Shown one piece after another: positions 1-7,059 of a stretch of DNA of 26,425 nt (position 1 is its first letter; each line of letters begins with the position of its first letter). The notes beneath the pieces are model-generated. The model saw nothing but the letters and a program-made list of their open reading frames with translations. It did not search any database and was not told the origin of the DNA. The position numbers were made by a program, and so were the translations under genes. The DNA comes from a virus (lineage: Duplodnaviria > Caudoviricetes), in the IMG/VR virus record IMGVR_UViG_3300009155_000217, positions 1 through 26,425 of that record, one strand, 5' to 3'.

Positions 1-123
1 AAATACCTTACGGTCTATGAGGGTAATACCTCAGGGGATAATAAGGGCAGTCAATCAAACGGAGATGGTGTGTATCTAAAGAAACGTGCCTACTCCCTAG
101 TAATGGGCGTTGCTCGCCCTTAA
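1..123 (+). CDS. Endolysin C-terminus, CHAP-type amidase/peptidase (5' truncated)
   Basis: Frame 1 reads KYLTVYEGNTSGDNKGSQSNGDGVYLKKRAYSLVMGVARP*. EGNT...NG.GV..K.R is typical of the end of a CHAP domain, and the holin follows directly. Confidence 0.75.
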   Translation, partial: KYLTVYEGNTSGDNKGSQSNGDGVYLKKRAYSLVMGVARP

Positions 124-132
124 AGGACAACA

Positions 133-324
133 ATGAATACAGAAAAACTAAAAGCAATCGTAACTACCTACATCCGTGCAGCAATAGCATCCGTGCTTGC
201 CCTGTACCTTGCTGGTACAACTGACCTAAAGACACTAGCATTAGCAGGTGTCGCTGCTGTAGCAGGACCAGTCCTAAAAGCATTGGACCCATCAGCAACA
301 GAATTTGGCGTCAATAGTAAGTAA
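133..324 (+). CDS. Holin
   Basis: 63 aa with two hydrophobic helices and an LDP...FG tail; AAGGA RBS; directly after the endolysin. Confidence 0.75.
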   Translation: MNTEKLKAIVTTYIRAAIASVLALYLAGTTDLKTLALAGVAAVAGPVLKALDPSATEFGVNSK

Positions 325-369
325 TTACATACCTCTAATCGGGCTTTAAAGGCCCCTCAGAGACGAGAT

Positions 370-411
370 AACCCCCGGACTTAGGCTTACCCCTAGGACT
401 GGGGGTTTTTT
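370..411 (+). terminator. Intrinsic terminator of the late/lysis operon, at the convergence of the two arms
   Basis: AACCCCCGG(370-378) pairs with CTGGGGGTT(399-407), with inner stem TTAGG/CCTAG and a T-run to 411. The G-U pairs favour the + strand. Confidence 0.8.
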
Positions 412-803
412 CTGTTTGTCTGGAGTAATAACTCAGGCTTAATTAGGTAGCCACGGCTCTGGTTGGGTGGTATCTGACAGCTAATTGGGTGTCCCTCTAT
501 TTCAACGGCTAGACGCAGTAACTTGGTAGGTACAATGAGAACAGACTCGGCTAATACAAATGCCCAGTACTCAGCTTTAGTTACTGACAGACCTGATGGT
601 TGCCAGCTATTAGCAGATACGTACCAGCATTCTGTTTCTATGTACAGGTTGCCAGTGTTTATCCATTTAAAATCTGTCTTAACTTCTACTGTCTTACCAC
701 CAGTAAGCAGGGTGTTAACAAGGTTCTCACCTTGCACACCATTGCGATAGTCTAAATCAAAATCTGAATTTTTAATTGCGTGTCTCCCTGTTCTGTACTG
801 CAC
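393..803 (-). CDS. PD-(D/E)XK-like nuclease family phage protein (start uncertain: GTG 803 or ATT 776)
   Basis: G..GE...VEVKTD...TGNLYIE...PSGL..TKAEYWAF motif pattern of a common phage restriction-endonuclease-fold family. Confidence 0.65.
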   Translation of the reverse strand: MQYRTGRHAIKNSDFDLDYRNGVQGENLVNTLLTGGKTVEVKTDFKWINTGNLYIETECWYVSANSWQPSGLSVTKAEYWAFVLAESVLIVPTKLLRLAVEIEGHPISCQIPPNQSRGYLIKPELLLQTNRKNPQS

Positions 804-835
804 TGTACAGTATAATACCCTATGTTAGTAGGGGA

Positions 836-1099
836 TTATACTGACCTTAACTTCTTCCTGTCATCTCCAGTAGTACCAGCCCAGTAACCTGACATCCTGT
901 ATTTAGTAGCATACTCTAAACAAGGAAGCTTAACAGGGCATGCACCACAAATCTTATTTAATATCTCAACGTTATAGTCTTCGCCTTTTTCTACAAACCA
1001 GGATTCAGTATCCGTATCAGTACATCTAGCTTCTAACTTCCATTGTTCTTCTATAGGGTCTATGTAATTATTGTATTGCTCTATGCTGTAGTGACCCAT
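836..1099 (-). CDS. whiB: WhiB family Fe-S transcription factor
   Basis: W...ARC...D...WF, ICGACPVKLPCLEYA (four Cys in total), and GYWAGTT..DRKKLR, a variant of the G[VI]WGG turn. Confidence 0.92.
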   Translation of the reverse strand: MGHYSIEQYNNYIDPIEEQWKLEARCTDTDTESWFVEKGEDYNVEILNKICGACPVKLPCLEYATKYRMSGYWAGTTGDDRKKLRSV

Positions 1100-1266
1100 T
1101 ATCCGCCTGTCTTGTAGAAGCCACCTGTCTTAAAGATGGCTGGTATGGCAGACCATACCCTGGTCATACTTGTTTGGCAACATGTAGGTACAAACTCATC
1201 ACCTATTTCTTTTGTTAATTCCTGTTGACTTCCACATACATCACACTTATAATCATAGGTAGGCAT
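1099..1266 (-). CDS. FmdB-family zinc-ribbon protein (55 aa, not in ORF track)
   Basis: Manual translation MPTYDYKCDVCGSQQELTKEIGDEFVPTCCQTSMTRVWSAIPAIFKTGGFYKTGG*; TAATG overlaps on both sides. Confidence 0.85.
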   Translation of the reverse strand: MPTYDYKCDVCGSQQELTKEIGDEFVPTCCQTSMTRVWSAIPAIFKTGGFYKTGG

Positions 1267-1469
1267 TAATCACATCCATCTATTTCGGTAGGAGCAGTGG
1301 CTAAGCTGCCACAAAGTGCACATTCCATATCCAGAAAGTACATGGATATTACTTGCTCTTGAAACATTACTTTTAGATTCCATAACTGCGAACCACAAGG
1401 ACATACCTCAGTGGGTATGCCTCTGTAGTCAGCGTTATACTTCTTCTTGCTTCGTCTCTTGATTCTCAT
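1266..1469 (-). CDS. Small Cys-rich phage protein
   Basis: MRIKRRS...ADYRGIPTEVCPCG...MECALCGS. ATG at 1469 is preferred over GTG 1505 because it reduces the overlap. Confidence 0.7.
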   Translation of the reverse strand: MRIKRRSKKKYNADYRGIPTEVCPCGSQLWNLKVMFQEQVISMYFLDMECALCGSLATAPTEIDGCD

Positions 1470-2100
1470 CTTGAATATCCTGGTCAAAGTAAGCACGCCA
1501 ACCACCTAGGTTTTGTACTATAGAAGCCAAGGCTCTCTCGACTTTTTTACGTGCACCATCTGCACTGCTGGTACCCATGTGCTCTGCTAGCTCAGACCAT
1601 TCAGTCTGTTCATTAAGATAGCGAAGTCGTAATATGTTCTGCTTAGCTTCCGGTAATCTGTAGTAACCCTTAGCTATATCAGAACGCAGGGCAAGCCAGT
1701 TCATGCCGTCATTTATTGCGCCGTTGTTAAACTTAAGATTCAAATCTTTAATCTTGGTAGGCATCTCATAACTCTCTACAATAATAGAGGGCAGGAAAGC
1801 TTCAACGACTGAGACATCATAGTAATATAAATCTGTCAGGTCATAGCCTTGAGTCTTAGCTTTTTCTTTTTCACAATACTTAAGGCATTGGTTACGTAAT
1901 GACTTAGCCATAAGCTTGTTCTTATCCTTTTCATCAAGGGCATCCCACTCTTTAAACTTGTTAGGGTGGGTAACAAACCAGAGATACATCTCCTGTTGCA
2001 GGTCATCTGCATCAACCATAGGATATTTTTTTCTATACTCTGATGCTATCTGAACCATCATGTCTTTGTATGCTAGCCATTTATCAATGTCGTATTTCAT
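1435..2100 (-). CDS. Sigma-70/ECF-like RNA polymerase sigma factor
   Basis: Region-2-like DADDLQQEMYLW...LRNQCLKY and region-4 HTH LPEAKQNILRLRY...WSELAEHMG...ARKKVERAL. Confidence 0.8.
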   Translation of the reverse strand: MKYDIDKWLAYKDMMVQIASEYRKKYPMVDADDLQQEMYLWFVTHPNKFKEWDALDEKDKNKLMAKSLRNQCLKYCEKEKAKTQGYDLTDLYYYDVSVVEAFLPSIIVESYEMPTKIKDLNLKFNNGAINDGMNWLALRSDIAKGYYRLPEAKQNILRLRYLNEQTEWSELAEHMGTSSADGARKKVERALASIVQNLGGWRAYFDQDIQDENQETKQEEV

Positions 2101-2849
2101 GGAAGCTTAATGTCTCCATCGATAATGGGTACGGTATAGGGAATTACTTTGCGGTTTTTCTCTACTAAGATACCTATGCCCTGTTGCCAGTTGGCTACAC
2201 CAGAGGTCAGATAACTTGCTTGCTTCATGTCCATCAGATGACCAACTTCCATACCATAGAGAGTTTTATTCTTACCGTATAATCCAGTAGTCTGATGCTG
2301 TAGTCCCAGCTTGTGCGTGTGCCCGCATACGACACTCTTGCCTAGCTTATTAGCTAATGACATGGCTGTACTTCCAGGAGTTTGTATTGCCCTGCCTTCA
2401 TCACCGTGTGCCATTACCCAGCCTGGTAGAAGTTCTTTAAATTTGTGCAGGTATTGTATGTTTAAAGAATGATACCCCAGCAATTCTTCTATCTTGAGAG
2501 TATCAAGAGAGCCGAATGCCGGGGCATATTTTCTAATGTACGTTTGTATTCTATCTGTATGGTTTGACCTTTGAATAATAAACGGTTTGTTTCTACCGAG
2601 TGCTGCTCTAAAGTCTGCCATTATGTTGTACGTTAAATCAATTGAATCTTGTAAGGTTGGTGCGTACTCACCAGCCATACCCTTATTCCAACGTGACGGT
2701 TCGGGTGCGTCTAGCTCATCACCCACGCACCACAATTCGTGGGGCTTGTACCATTTGATGAACTTCATTACTGCATTGACACTCTTGTCGTCTTGATAAG
2801 GTATCTGCAGGTCGCTCAAGACTACTATTCGGCGCTGATGTGTTGCCAT
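2097..2849 (-). CDS. Calcineurin-like metallophosphoesterase
   Basis: SDLQ, GDELD, SNH, HGD and GHTH motifs in canonical order. Confidence 0.9.
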   Translation of the reverse strand: MATHQRRIVVLSDLQIPYQDDKSVNAVMKFIKWYKPHELWCVGDELDAPEPSRWNKGMAGEYAPTLQDSIDLTYNIMADFRAALGRNKPFIIQRSNHTDRIQTYIRKYAPAFGSLDTLKIEELLGYHSLNIQYLHKFKELLPGWVMAHGDEGRAIQTPGSTAMSLANKLGKSVVCGHTHKLGLQHQTTGLYGKNKTLYGMEVGHLMDMKQASYLTSGVANWQQGIGILVEKNRKVIPYTVPIIDGDIKLP

Positions 2850-3135
2850 TAGGTATGCCTTCCCATTGTCCGTTTTGAACCAATAGTCCTATTATGGCAT
2901 AGTTTGCTAGGTCCATGAAGGAATCAGCAATGGATTCGTAGTTCGGCGTGTCGCCACCTTTCTCGTAAAGGTTGTTAATCCTTGCGAGTTTGTCATACAT
3001 TCGTACTCGTAGTCCATTGATAGGACCACCTGGTGCGTTAGAGATGTTGAGCGGACCGTAATCGTGTTGCTTCTTAAGTAGTAAATTCTTGAGGTCTGCG
3101 ATGATGACATCTATATTATGCTCCATGTTTTCCAT
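2719..3135 (-). CDS. DUF1599 / nucleotide-modification-associated domain 1 (all-alpha NTP-pyrophosphatase-like)
   Basis: KKQHDYG...RMYDKLARINNL...ESIADSFMDLANYAII; GGAGG RBS. The C-terminal 43 or so codons overlap the next gene. Confidence 0.8.
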   Translation of the reverse strand: MENMEHNIDVIIADLKNLLLKKQHDYGPLNISNAPGGPINGLRVRMYDKLARINNLYEKGGDTPNYESIADSFMDLANYAIIGLLVQNGQWEGIPNGNTSAPNSSLERPADTLSRRQECQCSNEVHQMVQAPRIVVRG

Positions 3136-3430
3136 TAAGTAAATCCTCCATACTTAGCTCGAAGTTTCTCATACCCTCATGAACCATTAGTTCTTCCCAT
3201 ACTCTATCGGCTTGACCCAATGGAGCGGCTACTAGTAGTGCTGCTAAACCTATTAACAATTCTTGTGCTTGTTCTTTATCTTCCTTGTTGACATGGTAAA
3301 TGTCATACAAAGCACCCAATATATCAAGACCTTTATCCTCTGTTAGTTGTATGCCAACCGACTTGTTCATATGTTCAACGTGACTCCATATACTTTCATC
3401 AAGAAGCAATACAATTTCTGACTCGTTCAT
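3116..3430 (-). CDS. Hypothetical acidic helical protein
   Basis: 104-aa ORF tightly packed in the operon; AAGGA RBS. Confidence 0.7.
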   Translation of the reverse strand: MNESEIVLLLDESIWSHVEHMNKSVGIQLTEDKGLDILGALYDIYHVNKEDKEQAQELLIGLAALLVAAPLGQADRVWEELMVHEGMRNFELSMEDLLNGKHGA

Positions 3431-4028
3431 CTATCCATTCCTTTCCTAGTTTAATGAACACGCTATTTACGTCTTCACCTTCTGGCATTGCGATAACATT
3501 AGCGTTAGGTAACTCTCTTGTTATCTTCTTGCCAAACTCTGCACCTGCTGTATCTCCGTCAGTTAATATGATAACCATATCGAAGTCATCTAGTATGCGT
3601 GAGTAGTGTGGCTTCCAGTTGTTAGCACCTGGAATACCTACCGTAGGGTGATTAGTTTTAACTGACATCATGATGCAGTCAAACTCTCCTTCGGTTACAC
3701 ATATGTATTTAGATTGCACAAAGCATGCTGGTGTATTAAACATGGTTGTCTTTGCGCCTACCATTCCCATGTACTTAGGGTCTATATCTCCCATTGCACG
3801 GAAACGAATGTCAACTACACCGCTAGGTGTTATGTAAGGTATAGCTAATCTATTTTTAAAGCTCTCATGACCGGGCATAGGGTCAACTACTACCCCTAGA
3901 TGAAATGTTTGTGCCTCTTCTACCGAGAGATGTCGGGTTAGTAGATAGTCTTTTGCTACCTCTATTTGAGAAGCGTACTGTTGGGTTGCCCGAAGTAGAA
4001 ATTGTCTGTGCGAATTCGATAGCCTCAC
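3399..4028 (-). CDS. DNA primase, catalytic/TOPRIM part
   Basis: YL..R, RLAIPY, IRFR, PKY, VTEGEFD, GIPGA..W and DGDTAG motifs. Confidence 0.92.
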   Translation of the reverse strand: MRLSNSHRQFLLRATQQYASQIEVAKDYLLTRHLSVEEAQTFHLGVVVDPMPGHESFKNRLAIPYITPSGVVDIRFRAMGDIDPKYMGMVGAKTTMFNTPACFVQSKYICVTEGEFDCIMMSVKTNHPTVGIPGANNWKPHYSRILDDFDMVIILTDGDTAGAEFGKKITRELPNANVIAMPEGEDVNSVFIKLGKEWIDERVRNCIAS

Positions 4029-4245
4029 TTAATGTACCGCCTCTCTTCTCTTTTATTAAATCATATATGTCTCCAGCAACACCGCAACCATGACATTTAA
4101 ATTTGTTAAGTTCAAAGTTAATTGCAGATGATGCAGTCCTATCCTCATGGAAAGGACATCTCATCTTACGCCAGCCATGCCCATCTGACGGCAGGCTGGC
4201 GCCTAGATAAGCTAAGTAATCACTTACCTTGTGCTTCTCTTCCAT
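3883..4245 (-). CDS. DNA primase, CHC2 zinc-finger part
   Basis: CPFHEDRTAS...FKCHGCGVAGDIYDLI. Confidence 0.9.
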   Translation of the reverse strand: MEEKHKVSDYLAYLGASLPSDGHGWRKMRCPFHEDRTASSAINFELNKFKCHGCGVAGDIYDLIKEKRGGTLSEAIEFAQTISTSGNPTVRFSNRGSKRLSTNPTSLGRRGTNISSRGSS

Positions 4246-4576
4246 CAGTAACCTTCCTTAGTAAATCTATCCATACTTGAACGGGCATAGTGGCGTACCA
4301 ATCGGATGGATTCCCCTTGCCTTTCCGCTTGTGTACCACTACACCTGTCCAAGCTTTATCATTAGCCATCTCGACTAATAATTCTTCTACCCACCCCGCC
4401 AAGTCCATCTTGGCGTGGTTTTTAATCTCTATTGTGACCCCAGGTATACCAGATATATCGCCCTTATCTAGTGTTGCACCAGCTAAGCGACGGTCTACGT
4501 AAGGGAACCATTCTTTAAGATACTTTACTACATCACGTTCTGCTTGGCTACCCTTAGCCTTAGAGGCTGAACTCAT
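4220..4576 (-). CDS. Holliday junction resolvase (Hjc-like PD-(D/E)XK)
   Basis: KAKGSQAERDV...GDISG...IEIKN motif. Confidence 0.8.
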   Translation of the reverse strand: MSSASKAKGSQAERDVVKYLKEWFPYVDRRLAGATLDKGDISGIPGVTIEIKNHAKMDLAGWVEELLVEMANDKAWTGVVVHKRKGKGNPSDWYATMPVQVWIDLLRKVTDGREAQGK

Positions 4577-5394
4577 ACTGGCATTTCTACTTGTTGATAA
4601 TCTTTATATGTGTCTTCTAAATACATAGAGCCTGGTTCAAAACTTAAGGTAACGTATGTGTTACCAGTTTGGTCAGCTTTACCATAACGATTCTTTACTG
4701 GTGCTACACATAAGTATGTATCTTTACCCTCATGCATTAACTGTTGACCAACCGTTAGTACCATTGCAGGTATTTGATTAACCATACCTTGTAGAGATGA
4801 ACGTGGTTGACATGGTCTACCCTCGTATCCTTCTTTAGTATGGTGTAGTACTAGTACACATGCATTGGTATCCCTTGCTAAGTACTTAAGTTCTTTCATT
4901 GCTGCTCGCATACCAGAGAACTCTTCATGTCCATCCATTGAGATGTCCATTAGGTTATCAACAACTATGAGGGTAGGACTTCTACCCCACATAGTCTCAA
5001 ATGCAGCAACCTCTTCATCTAAATCTTTAAGTGTAGGGCTAGGTTCAAATGACCAATACAAATGATTGTTGTTAGCGAGGATAGACTCAGCAGTATCTGG
5101 ATTATGTTTTAATAGATTCTCCGCTTGCTGTTGAGTCATCTTGCCTGACATAGCAATCAATCGCATAGCCATGGTATGTGCATTAGTATCAGCTGAAAAA
5201 TATAATGTCGGTTGTTTTAATCTTGCAGCTATATGTAATGCAATAGAACTCTTACCAGCACCAGGAGTGCCAGCAATTACCGTAACCTCTGCACGTCTAA
5301 GTATCATACCGGCACGTTCAAAGGCTTGAAAGGGAGCCGGTAAAGGCTCCCCTCCTACTTCTGATTTACGTACGCTACGTCGTAGTGTCTTCAC
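4573..5394 (-). CDS. DnaB/RecA-like ATPase, probable replicative helicase
   Basis: Walker A GTPGAGKS, Walker B IVVD, ELKYLAR...VLHH and KNRYG arginine finger. Confidence 0.88.
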   Translation of the reverse strand: MKTLRRSVRKSEVGGEPLPAPFQAFERAGMILRRAEVTVIAGTPGAGKSSIALHIAARLKQPTLYFSADTNAHTMAMRLIAMSGKMTQQQAENLLKHNPDTAESILANNNHLYWSFEPSPTLKDLDEEVAAFETMWGRSPTLIVVDNLMDISMDGHEEFSGMRAAMKELKYLARDTNACVLVLHHTKEGYEGRPCQPRSSLQGMVNQIPAMVLTVGQQLMHEGKDTYLCVAPVKNRYGKADQTGNTYVTLSFEPGSMYLEDTYKDYQQVEMPV

Positions 5395-5557
5395 TTATCC
5401 CACAATCTGTTTCTAGTTGTGTGCCACATTCTTCACATGTACTTGCTTCACATTCTATATCGGTATCATAATGTATATCACATTCGTCCCATATTATAGA
5501 AGCATTACAACATTCAGATAGTTGTGGTGCCTCAGGAAAAGGTATTACTTCCCCCAT
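5375..5557 (-). CDS. Small acidic Cys-rich protein
   Basis: 60 aa with SECC and CEECG; packed in the operon. Confidence 0.6.
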   Translation of the reverse strand: MGEVIPFPEAPQLSECCNASIIWDECDIHYDTDIECEASTCEECGTQLETDCGISEDTTT

Positions 5558-5559
5558 TG

Positions 5560-5997
5560 TTATTTGATTTTATCGGCTAAGAATGTATTCCACTCTGGCT
5601 CATGCTTGAGTATGTAGATAGTTTTACATTTATCTAGTGCACCTCTAGCAGATGGGCAGAAGTATCCTTTATAGATACCACCATCCTTGCTTGGACCTTG
5701 GAGTGCAGTCATCTTACCGTGAGGACATGTGCGCCCCCCACCTAACGATTGCGTTGGAGGGGCTTGGTTAAAAGGCGGTATCTCCTGTGCATTGAACGCT
5801 TGCTTAGCGTATGCAATAGCACCTGGAGCTTGAGATGGCTTAGCTATAACTTCTAGTTCTGTTATAGCAGATTGAATACTTGCTAATGATGTAGCAACTA
5901 ATTGGTCTAGTTCCTCACCTGTGTTAGCACGTACTGTTAACTGCGTACCTGATGCAGTTCTTATATTGATACTGATTGGTGCTTCCGTACTACTCAT
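5560..5997 (-). CDS. Actinophage-type protein with C-terminal C-H-C-C zinc motif
   Basis: Start MSSTEAP at 5997 with AAGGAG RBS; CPHGKM...YKGYFCP...C. It sits between the exonuclease and helicase. Confidence 0.75.
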   Translation of the reverse strand: MSSTEAPISINIRTASGTQLTVRANTGEELDQLVATSLASIQSAITELEVIAKPSQAPGAIAYAKQAFNAQEIPPFNQAPPTQSLGGGRTCPHGKMTALQGPSKDGGIYKGYFCPSARGALDKCKTIYILKHEPEWNTFLADKIK

Positions 5998-6619
5998 GCT
6001 TCTCCTTTGGTGTATACCACTGACATTGTGCAGTATATCCACACATTATGCAATGGTCGAAGTTAGGTAAAAATATACCAGACTTCCTTGCCTTGTCAAA
6101 CATATCTACCAACGTCTCGACCTTGCTGTCATCCAGACCAGCAAGGTCGTGCGGTGGAGATAATTCTCCCTTACGTGCCATCCAGTAATAACCTTTGGTT
6201 ATGTTTAAACCAAACTGTTTACGGATTCCATATGCATAGAAGGCTAACTGTAATGAACTATGCGGTGTAGTTTTACCTGTTTTTAAATCTACAATTACAT
6301 ATTCTTTATTGAAACTATCATAGAACACACGGTCGATTGCCATTTTAACTGTCACACCATTGACGACCGGTGCCATTTCTAATTCGATTGCCAATGTCCC
6401 GTCGTCCAGCTTAGCGATAGACATGTGGGTATTTTCCTCACGCCATTGAACCCAGTTCTCTAGGAATTTATATCCATTCGCATACCACCAATCTCCATCC
6501 TCTGGATTGCGTGACTTCATTGCAGCCATGCGCCAATTGGATGTGTCGCTTAAATTATATTCTTCTCTTTCATTAGCAGTAGCCTGCCACCATGTATTCC
6601 AATGTTCTAAGATACTCAT
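5990..6619 (-). CDS. Cas4/AddB/RecB-like PD-(D/E)XK exonuclease, C-terminal catalytic part
   Basis: IELE, IDRV, IVDLKTG, QLAFY and C-terminal CxxC-x5-C (CIMCGYTAQC). Confidence 0.9.
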   Translation of the reverse strand: MSILEHWNTWWQATANEREEYNLSDTSNWRMAAMKSRNPEDGDWWYANGYKFLENWVQWREENTHMSIAKLDDGTLAIELEMAPVVNGVTVKMAIDRVFYDSFNKEYVIVDLKTGKTTPHSSLQLAFYAYGIRKQFGLNITKGYYWMARKGELSPPHDLAGLDDSKVETLVDMFDKARKSGIFLPNFDHCIMCGYTAQCQWYTPKEKHE

Positions 6620-6753
6620 TCACAACCTACACAATAATTTGCTACGCGAATGTTTGGTATATAAATTACGAACTGTGTACCACAATGAAAACAATTAATA
6701 GACGTCCAATCATCCTTAATAAAATAAAATGGATTACGAATTCTTAACTTCAA
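6616..6753 (-). CDS. 45-aa CxxC...CxxC zinc-ribbon microprotein (not in ORF track)
   Basis: TTG start: MKLRIRNPFYFIKDDWTSINCFHCGTQFVIYIPNIRVANYCVGCE*. It has 4-nt TTGA and ATGA overlaps with the flanking nuclease halves. Confidence 0.7.
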   Translation of the reverse strand: MKLRIRNPFYFIKDDWTSINCFHCGTQFVIYIPNIRVANYCVGCE

Positions 6754-6938
6754 GGGTTTAACCTATCCCATTCCTCAGTCGCCTTATGTACGGCTGAACC
6801 TCCATAGAACCACCATGCTGGTAGCTCTGCAATTTTTTGCACTCTGCTTAAATAATATTTCCATCCGCATGACAACCACTCAGTAAGTGATGAATATGAA
6901 ACATGGATAGGTAAATCGTGGTCATCAATCTTAATCAT
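6750..6938 (-). CDS. Cas4/AddB/RecB-like exonuclease, N-terminal part
   Basis: HVSYSSLTEWLSCGWKYYL...GSAVHKATE matches the S.S.L....CP..Y...G..VH..E start of PD-(D/E)XK_1 nucleases; AGGAG RBS. Confidence 0.88.
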   Translation of the reverse strand: MIKIDDHDLPIHVSYSSLTEWLSCGWKYYLSRVQKIAELPAWWFYGGSAVHKATEEWDRLNP

Positions 6939-6953
6939 TGTACTCCTTAGTAA

Positions 6954-7045
6954 AGGCTGAACTAGGAGAAAGTAGAGAAAGCCTAGCCCAGCCTATACAT
7001 TATACACCATGGAAAGGACACTAGAAAATGAACTAAACTAGTGCC
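6954..7045 (-). promoter_or_regulatory. Candidate promoter (-10 TATAAT at 7004-6999) flanked by two hairpins, upstream of the replication genes
   Basis: Minus strand GGTGTATAATG. A 13-bp stem at 6954-6966/6982-6994 has two G-U pairs on the - strand, and an 8-bp stem lies at 7017-7024/7038-7045. Confidence 0.6.
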
Positions 7046-7059
7046 TTATTAGTGTACCA

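Noticed and set aside
1099-1266. C-terminal Gly-Gly as a ubiquitin-like modifier
   Set aside because: The sequence fits an FmdB-type zinc ribbon rather than a beta-grasp fold, and no E1/ThiF enzyme is present.
6620-6749. Intron, intein or T4 gene 60-style ribosomal bypass joining the nuclease halves
   Set aside because: Too short for a self-splicing intron, no intein motifs, no matching CCT landing codon before the second half, and the gap is a clean ORF.
5990-6938. CRISPR-Cas locus implied by the Cas4-like gene
   Set aside because: No repeat-spacer array or other cas genes seen; solo Cas4-like nucleases are common in phages.
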